DNA of 31,802 nt from a virus (taxonomy: Duplodnaviria > Caudoviricetes): positions 1 to 31,802 of the IMG/VR virus record IMGVR_UViG_3300023179_006609, one strand, 5' to 3'. The notes beneath the pieces are model-generated. The model searched no databases. It was given only the letters and a program-made list of their open reading frames with translations, and was not told the DNA's origin. Every line of letters begins with the position of its first letter. Positions within the stretch are counted from its first letter, which is position 1. The position numbers and the translations under genes were made by a program. Below are positions 8,409 to 17,918 of the stretch, piece after piece.

Positions 8409-9957
8409 GGTATTGATAACAACCAGTGGTACTGGTTCACGATTAGGAGAACTAACAAAGTACACAAACAAAAGTTTGGTACGTGTTGGGGATAAACCTA
8501 CCATAGCTCACATCATCGATCAGTATTCAAAAGATACCGAGTTCGTGGTTACTCTTGGCTATTATGGTAGCCATGTTAAACAGTTTTTAGAGCTTTGTTA
8601 TCCAGATCGTAGCTTTACTTTTGTAGAAGTAGATCATTACACTGGACCAAAAAGCAGCTTGCTATATTCTATCTCGCTTTGTGAATCAGTATTGCAAAAA
8701 CCTTTTGTGTTTCATGCTTGCGATACTGTGCTAGGCCCAGAATATCATAAAAACTTAACACTTACTTCTAACTGGATTGTTGGTTGTGTAAGTGAAGCAA
8801 GTCATCACTATCGTACCTTTAACGTTCACCTAGACAAGATTGTTACAATCAATGAAAAAGGTGAACAAAATTACAACTTTGCCTACGTTGGCGTAGCGGG
8901 TATATACGATTATAAAGAGTTTTGGAACGCAACCCGAGAGATTTTGCAGCAACCATCAAACGAACTTTCCGACTGTCACACAATAAACAAAATGATTGAA
9001 AAAGGTTTTAAGTTTTCTTGTAACCAAATCAAATCATGGTTGGACGTAGGAAACGTTGACTCGTTAAAAATAGCTCGAACAAAAATACCATCTTCGTTTC
9101 ATGTTTTAGACAAAGACGATGAAAACATATTCATTTTTGATGGGTACGTTTACAAGTTTTTTCACGACGAAAAGATTTGTTCGAATCGTGTTGCTAGGTT
9201 TGAGCACTTGAAGGATATGGTACCAAAGCTTGTTGCTCATACAACCAACTTTTACAAGTACGAATATGTAGAAGGCGATTTGTTAGCTGACTGCGTGAAT
9301 ATTTCAAAGTTCAAAGAGCTTTTGAAATGGGCAAACACAAACCTTTGGATTGAAAAACCAAACGCAAATCACAAAAGCAACTGTCTTGCGTTCTATAAAC
9401 AAAAAACTTTTGATCGTGTAAATCGCTTTCTTAAGAAATACAACATAAAAGACGCAGAAAACACAATAAACGGATTCAAGGTTCCATCGATGGTTGATTT
9501 GTTATCGATGGTTGATTTTGATAGTTTGTCTGGAAAGCAATCAACCGGCTATCATGGAGATTTTATCTTGGATAATGTGTTGATGACAAGCCAAGGAATC
9601 AAATTGATTGATTGGAGGCAAGACTTTAACGGAGACATAAAGCATGGTGATATGTTTTATGACTTAGCCAAACTCAATCACAACTTGATTGTGAATCACG
9701 GTATGATTAAAGACAATCAGTTTAAAATCGATTTCTGTGGCAACGAAACAGTTGAGTGTGATATAAACGTCAAGAAGTCTTTGATCGACTGTAGACAGGT
9801 TATAATCGATTTCTGCGGTCAAAAAAACATCGATTACAAAAACATAGACATACTAACTTCTATTATATGGATCAACATGGCTCCGTTGCATGAGCATCCG
9901 TTGGATATCTTTTTATACTACTTTGGGAAATACAACCTATTTTTGAAACTACAATGA
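8395..9957 (+). CDS. Sugar nucleotidyltransferase fused to an APH/choline-kinase-like phosphotransferase
   Basis: N-terminal ITTSGTGSRL..LT..TNKSLVRV and WLDVGN (NTP_transferase); C-terminal YHGDFILDNVL, LIDWR, YDLAKL (APH-fold kinase). ATG 8395 preferred over TTG 8383. Confidence 0.85.
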   Translation: MADYKVLITTSGTGSRLGELTKYTNKSLVRVGDKPTIAHIIDQYSKDTEFVVTLGYYGSHVKQFLELCYPDRSFTFVEVDHYTGPKSSLLYSISLCESVLQKPFVFHACDTVLGPEYHKNLTLTSNWIVGCVSEASHHYRTFNVHLDKIVTINEKGEQNYNFAYVGVAGIYDYKEFWNATREILQQPSNELSDCHTINKMIEKGFKFSCNQIKSWLDVGNVDSLKIARTKIPSSFHVLDKDDENIFIFDGYVYKFFHDEKICSNRVARFEHLKDMVPKLVAHTTNFYKYEYVEGDLLADCVNISKFKELLKWANTNLWIEKPNANHKSNCLAFYKQKTFDRVNRFLKKYNIKDAENTINGFKVPSMVDLLSMVDFDSLSGKQSTGYHGDFILDNVLMTSQGIKLIDWRQDFNGDIKHGDMFYDLAKLNHNLIVNHGMIKDNQFKIDFCGNETVECDINVKKSLIDCRQVIIDFCGQKNIDYKNIDILTSIIWINMAPLHEHPLDIFLYYFGKYNLFLKLQ

Positions 9958-10958
9958 AAAACGCAAGATATTACATTGGACCAATGAGCTTGAACGTTGT
10001 TGATGCTGTTATCGATCACAGCAGCAAAGCACCTATTGGATTGATTCCTTCCAGAAGGCAAGTTGATTATAGCTCTGGATATGTTAACAACTGGAATACT
10101 GCAAATTTCGCTGATTATGTACGTTCTCGCAGTTTAAACGTTTCTCTTTGTCGAGATCATGGAGGGCCACTCCAAGGTAGCACGGAAGACGATGGGCTGG
10201 TTTCAATTCTTCACGACGCTGAAAGCTTGGATCTTATTCATATCGATCCTTTCAAACAAGAAAAAGATATGCAAAAAGCTGCTTTGGTTACGGTCGAGCT
10301 TATACAGCAAGCGTACAAAAGAAACCCAAACGTTTTCTATGAAGTTGGAACCGAAGAAGCTATTAGAAAGTACGAACCAGAAGACTTACAACGGTTTTTG
10401 TCTATTGTTAGATCAAACCTTAAAGATCACGAATATCAACAAATCAAGTATGCTGTTGTGCAATCAGGTACGGGTTTAGATTTAGCCGCTCGTAGAAACA
10501 CAGGTGAGTTCAATCAAAAGCGTTTAGAAGCATTTGTCATGACTTGCAAGCCGTTTGGACTTTTAAGCAAAGAACACAACGGAGATTATTTGATCGAGCT
10601 TCGCCAGCTAGCTCCCAGATTTGATGTTGGATTAGATGCGATCAACATTGCTCCTGAGTTTGGTCAAATCGAAACCGAATGGTATATCAACACTTGCAAG
10701 AAAGACGAACAAACATATGAAACGTTGTTTGGCATTTGTTATCATTCTGGCAAATGGAAGAAATGGGTCAATCAACACAATGAAAAACAATTGACAAAGG
10801 ACAGTTATGTATGGATGACTGTTCACTATCTTTTGTCGGACCCAAAGTTTACTCAACATATCAAACGTTTGTTTCCAAATGCCGACAGCGAAATAAAACA
10901 AATGGTGAATCATAGATTAGATTCACTTTATGAGCAGACAAAAAACTATAGCTTTTGA
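9954..10958 (+). CDS. GatZ/KbaZ-like TIM-barrel protein (tagatose-6-phosphate 4-epimerase superfamily)
   Basis: RDHGGP, IHIDP, YEVGTEE, EHNGDY and INIAPE parallel the GatZ motifs GDHLGP, IHLD, GTEVP, EAHSTDY and LKVGP. Confidence 0.7.
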   Translation: MKNARYYIGPMSLNVVDAVIDHSSKAPIGLIPSRRQVDYSSGYVNNWNTANFADYVRSRSLNVSLCRDHGGPLQGSTEDDGLVSILHDAESLDLIHIDPFKQEKDMQKAALVTVELIQQAYKRNPNVFYEVGTEEAIRKYEPEDLQRFLSIVRSNLKDHEYQQIKYAVVQSGTGLDLAARRNTGEFNQKRLEAFVMTCKPFGLLSKEHNGDYLIELRQLAPRFDVGLDAINIAPEFGQIETEWYINTCKKDEQTYETLFGICYHSGKWKKWVNQHNEKQLTKDSYVWMTVHYLLSDPKFTQHIKRLFPNADSEIKQMVNHRLDSLYEQTKNYSF

Positions 10959-11307
10959 TTTAGACGACGTTCTTTGTGAACGAGACAGTAAGTTTGAATC
11001 GTTAGGAGCTTTAAAATATCATCATTGTGTTCCAAAAATGGAATACATCAATATGGCTAACAGCTTATACGAAGCTGGTTACAAGATTATTGTGTACACA
11101 GCAAGAGGCATGACTCATTTCGCTGGTGACGTTAAAGCTATTGAAGAAAACCTTAGATCGATAACAGAACAACAGTTAAACGATTGGGGTGTTCGTTATC
11201 ATGAGCTGGTGTTTGGGAAAAAACACTACGAACTTTTAATCGATGATAAGGCATTAAACTCTGTTGGACTTACACTTGATCAAATCAAAGGGTTTTTAAA
11301 CACATGA
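10930..11307 (+). CDS. Small capless HAD phosphatase (capsule-biosynthesis type)
   Basis: AFDLDDVL (motif I), YTARGM (II), FGKKHYELLIDDKA (III/IV). Confidence 0.85.
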   Translation: MSRQKTIAFDLDDVLCERDSKFESLGALKYHHCVPKMEYINMANSLYEAGYKIIVYTARGMTHFAGDVKAIEENLRSITEQQLNDWGVRYHELVFGKKHYELLIDDKALNSVGLTLDQIKGFLNT

Positions 11308-12440
11308 AACTGATACAACGAAACAAAGATATAATCCTTGATAAAGAGGATTTAGAACACATTTATACCTTTAAGGATTTTCCTGTTTTTATGGGATGCG
11401 TAGATCAAGATCCAAGCAAAGATCTTGTTGCTGATATGTCTTGGCATATAAGCAAGAAATCTGGCATGGTTCAACTTAATCCATTGCTTCCATTAGACGT
11501 AGTATACAATGTGTCTCATGGTTCTGGAACAACAGGAAAGCTTTGGGAACAGCATCACGAAGCTTTTTCTAGGTTTATAGAACGGTTCAAAGTAAAAACT
11601 GTGTTAGAGATTGGTGGAGGGCACGGACAGCTTGCCAAAAAGTACATTAAAAGAAACCAAGAAACGTTTTGGGTTATTGTAGAACCCAATCCTTCGGTGG
11701 ATGAATCTGTTCCAGTTGAAGTTGTTAAAGGTTTTTTCGACAACAACTTCAAACATAGCAAGCGGTTTGATGCTTTGATTCATTCTCATGTATTAGAGCA
11801 CGTTTACAACGTTGATGAGTTTTTGTCACATCAATCAAGCTTTATGCAAGAATCTAGTTTGTTGTTGTTTTCCGTTCCAAATATGCAGGTTATGATCGAC
11901 AACAACTATACCAACTGCGTTAACTTTGAGCACACCATGTTGCTCACCGAACCTTATATCGAATATTTGTTGGCAAAACATGGATATGCTTTAGTAGACA
12001 AAGAATATTTTATGACAGACCACAGCATATTCTACTGTGCAAGAAAATCTTTGAATGTAGAGAAAATCGAGTTATCGACCAGCTTGTATGATAAGAATCT
12101 TAAAAGCTTTTGCAGCTACATTCAGTTTCATTTGGACGAAGTTCAAAGATTAAACAAGATTATCGACAAGGCTAGTTCGCCAGTATACTTGTTTGGAGCG
12201 CACGTTTTTTCTCAATACTTGATATCGTTTGGTTTGGACACAACAAAGATTGTGTGCTTGTTAGACAACGATTTGAAAAAAGAAAACAAACGCTTGTATG
12301 GAACAACGTTAATATCAAAAACACCCAAAATTCTAGGGAACGGAGAAAAATGTCTTGTTATTTTGAGGGCCGGGGTATATAATGAAGAAATCAAGAATGA
12401 CATTCTTGACAACATAAACAAAAGCGTGGAGTTTATCTGA
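11304..12440 (+). CDS. SAM-dependent methyltransferase, NDP-sugar C-methyltransferase-like architecture
   Basis: VLEIGGGHG, SHVLEHV, VPN, FEH, and a C-terminal YLFGA...LDND..K..KRLYGT domain. Confidence 0.8.
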   Translation: MKLIQRNKDIILDKEDLEHIYTFKDFPVFMGCVDQDPSKDLVADMSWHISKKSGMVQLNPLLPLDVVYNVSHGSGTTGKLWEQHHEAFSRFIERFKVKTVLEIGGGHGQLAKKYIKRNQETFWVIVEPNPSVDESVPVEVVKGFFDNNFKHSKRFDALIHSHVLEHVYNVDEFLSHQSSFMQESSLLLFSVPNMQVMIDNNYTNCVNFEHTMLLTEPYIEYLLAKHGYALVDKEYFMTDHSIFYCARKSLNVEKIELSTSLYDKNLKSFCSYIQFHLDEVQRLNKIIDKASSPVYLFGAHVFSQYLISFGLDTTKIVCLLDNDLKKENKRLYGTTLISKTPKILGNGEKCLVILRAGVYNEEIKNDILDNINKSVEFI

Positions 12441-13327
12441 TGAGAAAAATATATTTCGCTGCGACTCCTTGGGCATCAAGCGAGCAGATTCTAGAAGATT
12501 ATAGACATCAGACTCCTAAGAGCGAAGGGGTTTGGGAAGATGTTGTTGCTGTAAAAGATCCGAAACAAGCCGAATTCATCGTTATACAAGACGAAGTTGC
12601 TGGACCGAGTTTGCTTAACATGTTTAAACCAGAAAAACGACTTTACTTTAACAGAGAAGCGTTATCTTTGCATTTAAAAAACCAATATCCAGTTGGTGAG
12701 TTCAAGCGATTTTCTTTTTGGGATGGTACTGGGTATCTTCCAATTCGATGGTGGTATGGTACTAATGTGCAAGCTTCTGCTCAAGGTTATAGCGGAATCG
12801 CAAAAACATACGATGAACTTATGGCTGAAAAGCCATATCCCAAAACAAAGCATATAACAAGCATTGTTTCTAACAAGGTGATGAACGAAGGTCATCAATT
12901 AAGAAAACTGTTTTCAAAACGTTTTCTAAAAGAATATCCAAGATTGGATTTGTACGGCTCAATAGAGTTTCATAACAAATCGATTCCAAACAACGATAAA
13001 GTTCAAGCTTTACAAGATTATAAATATTGCCTTGGTTATGACAACCAAGATTTCATCAAAGACTTTTTTGGTACACAATTAAGCGATTCTTTGCTTTGTT
13101 GGTGCGTTCCAATATTTTGGTGCGGAACAAACCTTTCAAGATATCTCCCAGAAGGTTCGTTTATTCAGTTTGATGCAAGGAAGCCAGCAACTGAAATACC
13201 AAGGTTGATTGAATTAATCGAAAACGATGACTATGAAAAAAGATTGCCAGCAATAACAGAAGCTAGAAATCTTATCTTAAACAAATACAACTTTTGGCCT
13301 ACCATCAAACATGTAATAGAGCTATAA
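12440..13327 (+). CDS. GT10 (alpha-1,3-fucosyltransferase)-like glycosyltransferase, divergent
   Basis: IVSNK...GHQLR, LDLYG, DK..ALQDYKYCLGYDN...SDSLL..CVPIFW follow the GT10 C-terminal motif layout. Confidence 0.7.
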   Translation: MRKIYFAATPWASSEQILEDYRHQTPKSEGVWEDVVAVKDPKQAEFIVIQDEVAGPSLLNMFKPEKRLYFNREALSLHLKNQYPVGEFKRFSFWDGTGYLPIRWWYGTNVQASAQGYSGIAKTYDELMAEKPYPKTKHITSIVSNKVMNEGHQLRKLFSKRFLKEYPRLDLYGSIEFHNKSIPNNDKVQALQDYKYCLGYDNQDFIKDFFGTQLSDSLLCWCVPIFWCGTNLSRYLPEGSFIQFDARKPATEIPRLIELIENDDYEKRLPAITEARNLILNKYNFWPTIKHVIEL

Positions 13328-13329
13328 TC

Positions 13330-14433
13330 ATGGAAAAAATCCCACAGTTTCAACCATATTTCGATGACAGAGAATACGCAGCAATCAAACAATGCTTTGA
13401 TTCAAACTGGATTACAGAGGGTCCAAAATCCAAAGAGTTCGTTGAAAAGTTATGCAAGCTTATGAATGTCAGATATGGAGTGCTGGCTCCCAATGGCACT
13501 CTATCGCTTTATATGGCATTAAGAGCCTTGGGCATTGGTCGTGGTGACGAAGTATTAGTACCGAACTTTACGTTTATTGCCAGTGCCAATGCAGTGGAAA
13601 TGTGCGGTGCGACACCTGTCTTCGTTGATATTGACGATGATTTGCATATCAATATCAGTATGGCAGAAAAACTAGTTGGTAAAAAAACAAAAGCAGTTAT
13701 GCCTGTTCATGTATATGGTATGGCTTGCAATATGGAAGCAATCATGTCTTTTGCAGAAAAACATGGATTAAAGGTGGTTGAAGATGCTGCTCAAGGAGTT
13801 GGAATCACATGGAATAACAAACATGTTGGTACCTACGGTGACATTGGCAGTTTTTCTTTTTTTGCTGACAAAACTATTACAACAGGCGAAGGTGGTTTGT
13901 TAGTTACAAACAATGAAGAAACATATAAAAAGCTTCTTTATGTTCGCAACCAAGGTAGAATCGACCGTGGAAGCTTCATTCATCCAGAAATCGGTTATAA
14001 CTTTCGTATGACAGATATTCAATCTGCAATCGGTTTGGTGCAACTAGAAAAACTACCAGATATCATAAGTAAAAAAGCTACGATATTAAAAACATATCAA
14101 CAAAACCTAGACAGCAGATATGAAATCATCGTTCCAAAAAGCGATAAATCAAACCATATACCATTTCGAGTTTGTACAACAGTTGCAGATGGTTCCGAAC
14201 AGTTAATGCAACATCTTAAAGAAAACAACATCGAAACTAGAACGTTTTTTTATCCTCTACATATGCAGCCATGTTTTTCTAACTTGAAAAAGAAAAAGAA
14301 AACATCGTATGAGATATCGATTAAAAAATACAAAGAAGGTGTTTGTCTACCATCATTTGTTGGGATAACAAACGAACAAATCTTATACGTTTGTGAGAAA
14401 ATGAATGAGTACGTACAACGACAAACTGGCTAA
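13330..14433 (+). CDS. DegT/DnrJ/EryC1/StrS PLP aminotransferase, perosamine synthase-like
   Basis: NGT, GDEVLVPNFTFIAS, PVHVYG, VEDAAQ, FSFFADKTITTGEGG (PLP lysine), GYNFRMTDIQSAIG. ATG 13330 preferred over TTG 13294. Confidence 0.93.
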   Translation: MEKIPQFQPYFDDREYAAIKQCFDSNWITEGPKSKEFVEKLCKLMNVRYGVLAPNGTLSLYMALRALGIGRGDEVLVPNFTFIASANAVEMCGATPVFVDIDDDLHINISMAEKLVGKKTKAVMPVHVYGMACNMEAIMSFAEKHGLKVVEDAAQGVGITWNNKHVGTYGDIGSFSFFADKTITTGEGGLLVTNNEETYKKLLYVRNQGRIDRGSFIHPEIGYNFRMTDIQSAIGLVQLEKLPDIISKKATILKTYQQNLDSRYEIIVPKSDKSNHIPFRVCTTVADGSEQLMQHLKENNIETRTFFYPLHMQPCFSNLKKKKKTSYEISIKKYKEGVCLPSFVGITNEQILYVCEKMNEYVQRQTG

Positions 14434-15163
14434 CTGCTACGACGACCTTTATCTAGATAAAGACTATTCAAAAGAAGCCGAGTACATAACGAGAACCGCT
14501 GATAGTCATAACGTTCTACTTGACATTGGTTGCGGTACAATGTCTCACACGATCTTGTTAGCTCCAAAGTTCAAGCAAGTTATTGCTGTTGACTTATCTA
14601 AACCAATGATTGATATTGGTTTGTTGAAGCTTAAAAACCTTGGCATAAAAAATGTGTCAGGTTTTTGTTGTGATGTTGCTGATTTAAAGATCTCCGAGCA
14701 AGTTGATTGTGCAATATCAATGTTTAATGTTGTCAACCACATTGAAAGCATAAAAGACTTGCAAACGTTTTTTGATGCTATTAATAACCGTTTAAAGCCA
14801 AATGGAGTGTTTGTGTTTGACTGTTGGAACGGTGTTGCTTGTACTATCGAGCAGCCAACAGAACATTCATTTAAGACAAAAACCGCAAGCAGTAAAACGT
14901 TTGAAATATCAACATCAACGAAAACTAACTTATTCGATTCTATTTCGATTATGGAAAATAATGTTGTTGTAAAAGAAAACAACACGATTGTTGATGTTTT
15001 TTCATATGAGTTGCGACATATACTTTGGTCGAACCATACGTTAAAAGATTTGTTAAAAAATGCTGGTTTCGTTTTAGAAACGATTACACCGAATGTTACG
15101 GTGAAGACGCCAGCGACTATCAAGGATTATCGTTTGGTTTACACATGTAGGAAAAAAGTATGA
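14405..15163 (+). CDS. Class I SAM-dependent methyltransferase (sugar N/O-methyltransferase-like)
   Basis: YDDLY..KDYSKEA, LLDIGCGT, AVDLSKPMI, LKPNGVFVFDCWNG. Confidence 0.88.
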   Translation: MSTYNDKLANCYDDLYLDKDYSKEAEYITRTADSHNVLLDIGCGTMSHTILLAPKFKQVIAVDLSKPMIDIGLLKLKNLGIKNVSGFCCDVADLKISEQVDCAISMFNVVNHIESIKDLQTFFDAINNRLKPNGVFVFDCWNGVACTIEQPTEHSFKTKTASSKTFEISTSTKTNLFDSISIMENNVVVKENNTIVDVFSYELRHILWSNHTLKDLLKNAGFVLETITPNVTVKTPATIKDYRLVYTCRKKV

Positions 15164-15582
15164 AAAAAGTTTATTCAAAAATAGAAAAAAATAAACTGCT
15201 GTTTGTGATGTATGATTTGAATAACGTTACGGACAGAGTTGATTTGGTTGATGAAAATGAGTTCTTGCAATGCGCTGTGATAAAAAAACCAAAGAACACC
15301 AAGTTTCGTCCACATAAGCACATATCAAAACCTATCAAGGTTTCTGAACAAATAGCGCAAGAATCTTGGTTTGTTTTCAAAGGTAAGATCAGAGTTTTTC
15401 ATTATGATATTGATGATTCATTTATGGGAACGCATGATCTTTCAGAAGGCGAGATACACATAACTTTAGAAGGTGGTCATAGTCTTGAATGCTTAGAAGA
15501 TAATACGATCATCTGCGAGCATAAAAATGGGCCGTACTACGGTCAAAAATTGGATAAAACATTCATTGAGGAAAACATATGA
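15160..15582 (+). CDS. WbuC-like cupin-fold metalloprotein
   Basis: FRPHKH...QESWFVFKG, GGHSL, EHKNGPYYG. Confidence 0.7.
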   Translation: MKKVYSKIEKNKLLFVMYDLNNVTDRVDLVDENEFLQCAVIKKPKNTKFRPHKHISKPIKVSEQIAQESWFVFKGKIRVFHYDIDDSFMGTHDLSEGEIHITLEGGHSLECLEDNTIICEHKNGPYYGQKLDKTFIEENI

Positions 15583-16550
15583 GTAAAAAAGCATTTATCA
15601 CTGGAATCAATGGTCAAGACGGAAGCTATCTAGCTGAATATCTTTTGTCTTTGGGTTATGAAGTTCATGGTATGGTTCGTAGAAATTCTATGGCCGAGAA
15701 TCAAGATATTCGAATCGGTCATATTACTAAAAACATAGTAACCCACTATGGCGACTTACTGGATGAAAGTTCTATTGACCGACTTTTGTTCGATCTTAAG
15801 CCAGATGAAATCTATAACATTGGAGCGCAAAGCCACGTTAAAATCAGCTTTGAAATCCCACAATTTACCGTGAAAACTAATGCTCTTGGTGTTATGAATA
15901 TGCTAGAGGCTTATCGTAGATTTTGTCCTAACGCAAAGTTTTATCAAGCTAGTTCATCAGAAATGTTTGGAAACAGCCAAGACTCAGATGGATTCCAAAG
16001 AGAAACAACACCAATGCATCCAGTAAGTCCATATGGTTGCTCTAAGTTGTTTGGATATTCTATTGTTAGAAACTATCGCAAAGCTTATGGTTTGCACGCT
16101 GTTAACGGAATATTGTTTAACCACGAATCTCCACGTAGAGGCTCTAACTTTGTTACCAACAAGGTGGTTAAAACAGCCGTACAAATCTACCGTGGAGTGA
16201 CTGATAAACTTGAACTTGGCAATCTAGACTCATATCGTGATTGGGGTCACTCAAAAGATTACGTAAAAGCCATGCACAAAATCATCAACCATGAAACACC
16301 AGATGATTTTGTTGTTTCAACCGGTGAAACGCATTCAGTTAGAGAAATGGTTGATTATGTTTTTCGTAGGCTTGATATGAATTATCAAGATTACGTTGTG
16401 CAAAATCCTGCATTCATGCGTCCAGAAGAGCTTAAGTACCTTAAGGGAGACTCAACAAAAGCAAGAACCGTGTTGGGTTGGAAACCAGAATATACGTTTG
16501 AAACATTGCTCGATGAAATGATTGAGTATTGGAAAGAAAAGATTAGATAA
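15579..16550 (+). CDS. gmd: GDP-mannose 4,6-dehydratase
   Basis: ITGINGQDGSYLAE, PDEIYNIGAQSHV, FYQASSSEMFG, SPYGCSK, GILFNHESPRRG..FVT.K, RDWGH. Confidence 0.97.
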   Translation: MSKKAFITGINGQDGSYLAEYLLSLGYEVHGMVRRNSMAENQDIRIGHITKNIVTHYGDLLDESSIDRLLFDLKPDEIYNIGAQSHVKISFEIPQFTVKTNALGVMNMLEAYRRFCPNAKFYQASSSEMFGNSQDSDGFQRETTPMHPVSPYGCSKLFGYSIVRNYRKAYGLHAVNGILFNHESPRRGSNFVTNKVVKTAVQIYRGVTDKLELGNLDSYRDWGHSKDYVKAMHKIINHETPDDFVVSTGETHSVREMVDYVFRRLDMNYQDYVVQNPAFMRPEELKYLKGDSTKARTVLGWKPEYTFETLLDEMIEYWKEKIR

Positions 16551-16608
16551 GTAAAAACATAACCTTGTGTTTGTGCTACGATATCTGGTTACTAAGGAGA
16601 ACCTTTAA

Positions 16609-17901
16609 ATGAGTTCAAATGACGTAGCCGTTGTTGTTCCACAACGCAAACACAAGATTTTGATGTTGAGTGACCATCCACTATGCACAAGTGGTGTTGG
16701 TGTTCAAGCAAGATTCCTTATTCAAGGCTTGTTGAATACAGGCAAGTATAGCTTTCGTTGTCTCGGTGGAGCAATCAAGCATCCAAACTATGACACAGTT
16801 ATGCTTAATCCAGACTTTGTTATCAAACCTGTTGATGGTTTCGGAAACCCCGAAATCATTCGCAACATCTTGATTAACGAACGACCTGACGCTGTGCTTC
16901 TTTTCACAGACCCAAGACAGTTTTTTTGGCTTTGGGATATCGAAGACGAAATTCATCAAATCTGTCCAATAACCTATTGGCATGTATGGGACAATGACCC
17001 ATATCCAGATTACAACGATGTATGGTACAAGTCTACAGACCTCATCAATTGCCTTTCATATAAAACATATGAAATGGTGAATTCAAAGTTCCCAGAACGT
17101 ACAAACTACATTCCTCACGCTTTTCCAAAAGAAGTATATTTCCCTCTTCCAGAACAAGCAAGAATAGAACTTCGCAAGAAGAACTTTGGAGAACGAGCTG
17201 ATTGGTTTGTTGGCACATGGGTTAACCGTAATGCAACCCGTAAAATGCCAAACGATGTTCTTAATGCTTGGCGGGTGTTTCTCGACCGTCTACAAGCTGA
17301 AGAAGGGCATCGCAAGGCTGTGCTAATCATGCACACAGACCCAAACGATGTTGAGGGTCCAAACCTTATCGCTGTCACAGAAAAGCTTGGTATTAATGAA
17401 CACGTTATGTTTTCAACTCAAAAAGTTGATTTCAATGATATGAACGCTCTTTATAACATCACAGACTTTACTGTTAACGTTGCAAAGGCCGAAGGATTTG
17501 GTTTAGCCACTCTGTCAGCCATGATGGCTGGTAAGCCTATTATCGCTCTTAAAACAGGTGGATTAACTCGTCAAGTTGTAGATCACCGTGATGGGTCGGA
17601 GAATGGAGTGGCTATTGAACCAGCAGCACGAACCTTGGTTGGGTCACAAGCTGTTCCTTACATTTACGACGATCACGTTAACTATCTTGACGTTGCCGAA
17701 GCTTATTGGAAGGTTTATAAGATGACACCAGAGGAACGAAAAGCTTTGTCTGAAAAGAACATTGATTATTGCAACTTTGAGTTTTCATATGAAAATATGA
17801 TTAAACAATGGGACGAAACGTTGGATAAATGCATTACCGGTTTTAAAACGAACAAACCAAAAAGCTGGACTTGTGAACAACTTCGTCCGTTTGGTAAATG
17901 A
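16609..17901 (+). CDS. GT4 family glycosyltransferase
   Basis: LSDHPLCTSGVG, VNRNATRK, AEGFGLATLSAMMAGKPII; AAGGAG RBS. Confidence 0.88.
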   Translation: MSSNDVAVVVPQRKHKILMLSDHPLCTSGVGVQARFLIQGLLNTGKYSFRCLGGAIKHPNYDTVMLNPDFVIKPVDGFGNPEIIRNILINERPDAVLLFTDPRQFFWLWDIEDEIHQICPITYWHVWDNDPYPDYNDVWYKSTDLINCLSYKTYEMVNSKFPERTNYIPHAFPKEVYFPLPEQARIELRKKNFGERADWFVGTWVNRNATRKMPNDVLNAWRVFLDRLQAEEGHRKAVLIMHTDPNDVEGPNLIAVTEKLGINEHVMFSTQKVDFNDMNALYNITDFTVNVAKAEGFGLATLSAMMAGKPIIALKTGGLTRQVVDHRDGSENGVAIEPAARTLVGSQAVPYIYDDHVNYLDVAEAYWKVYKMTPEERKALSEKNIDYCNFEFSYENMIKQWDETLDKCITGFKTNKPKSWTCEQLRPFGK

Positions 17902-17918
17902 TAGGAAGACTATAAACA

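Noticed and set aside
14545-15123. 192 aa minus-strand ORF and the other short antisense or alternate-frame ORFs in the track
   Set aside because: They lie opposite or within well-supported genes and show no recognisable motifs, so they are treated as shadow ORFs.
16554-16575. Rho-independent terminator after gmd
   Set aside because: The stem is weak and A/T-rich with a 2 nt loop and no U-tract.
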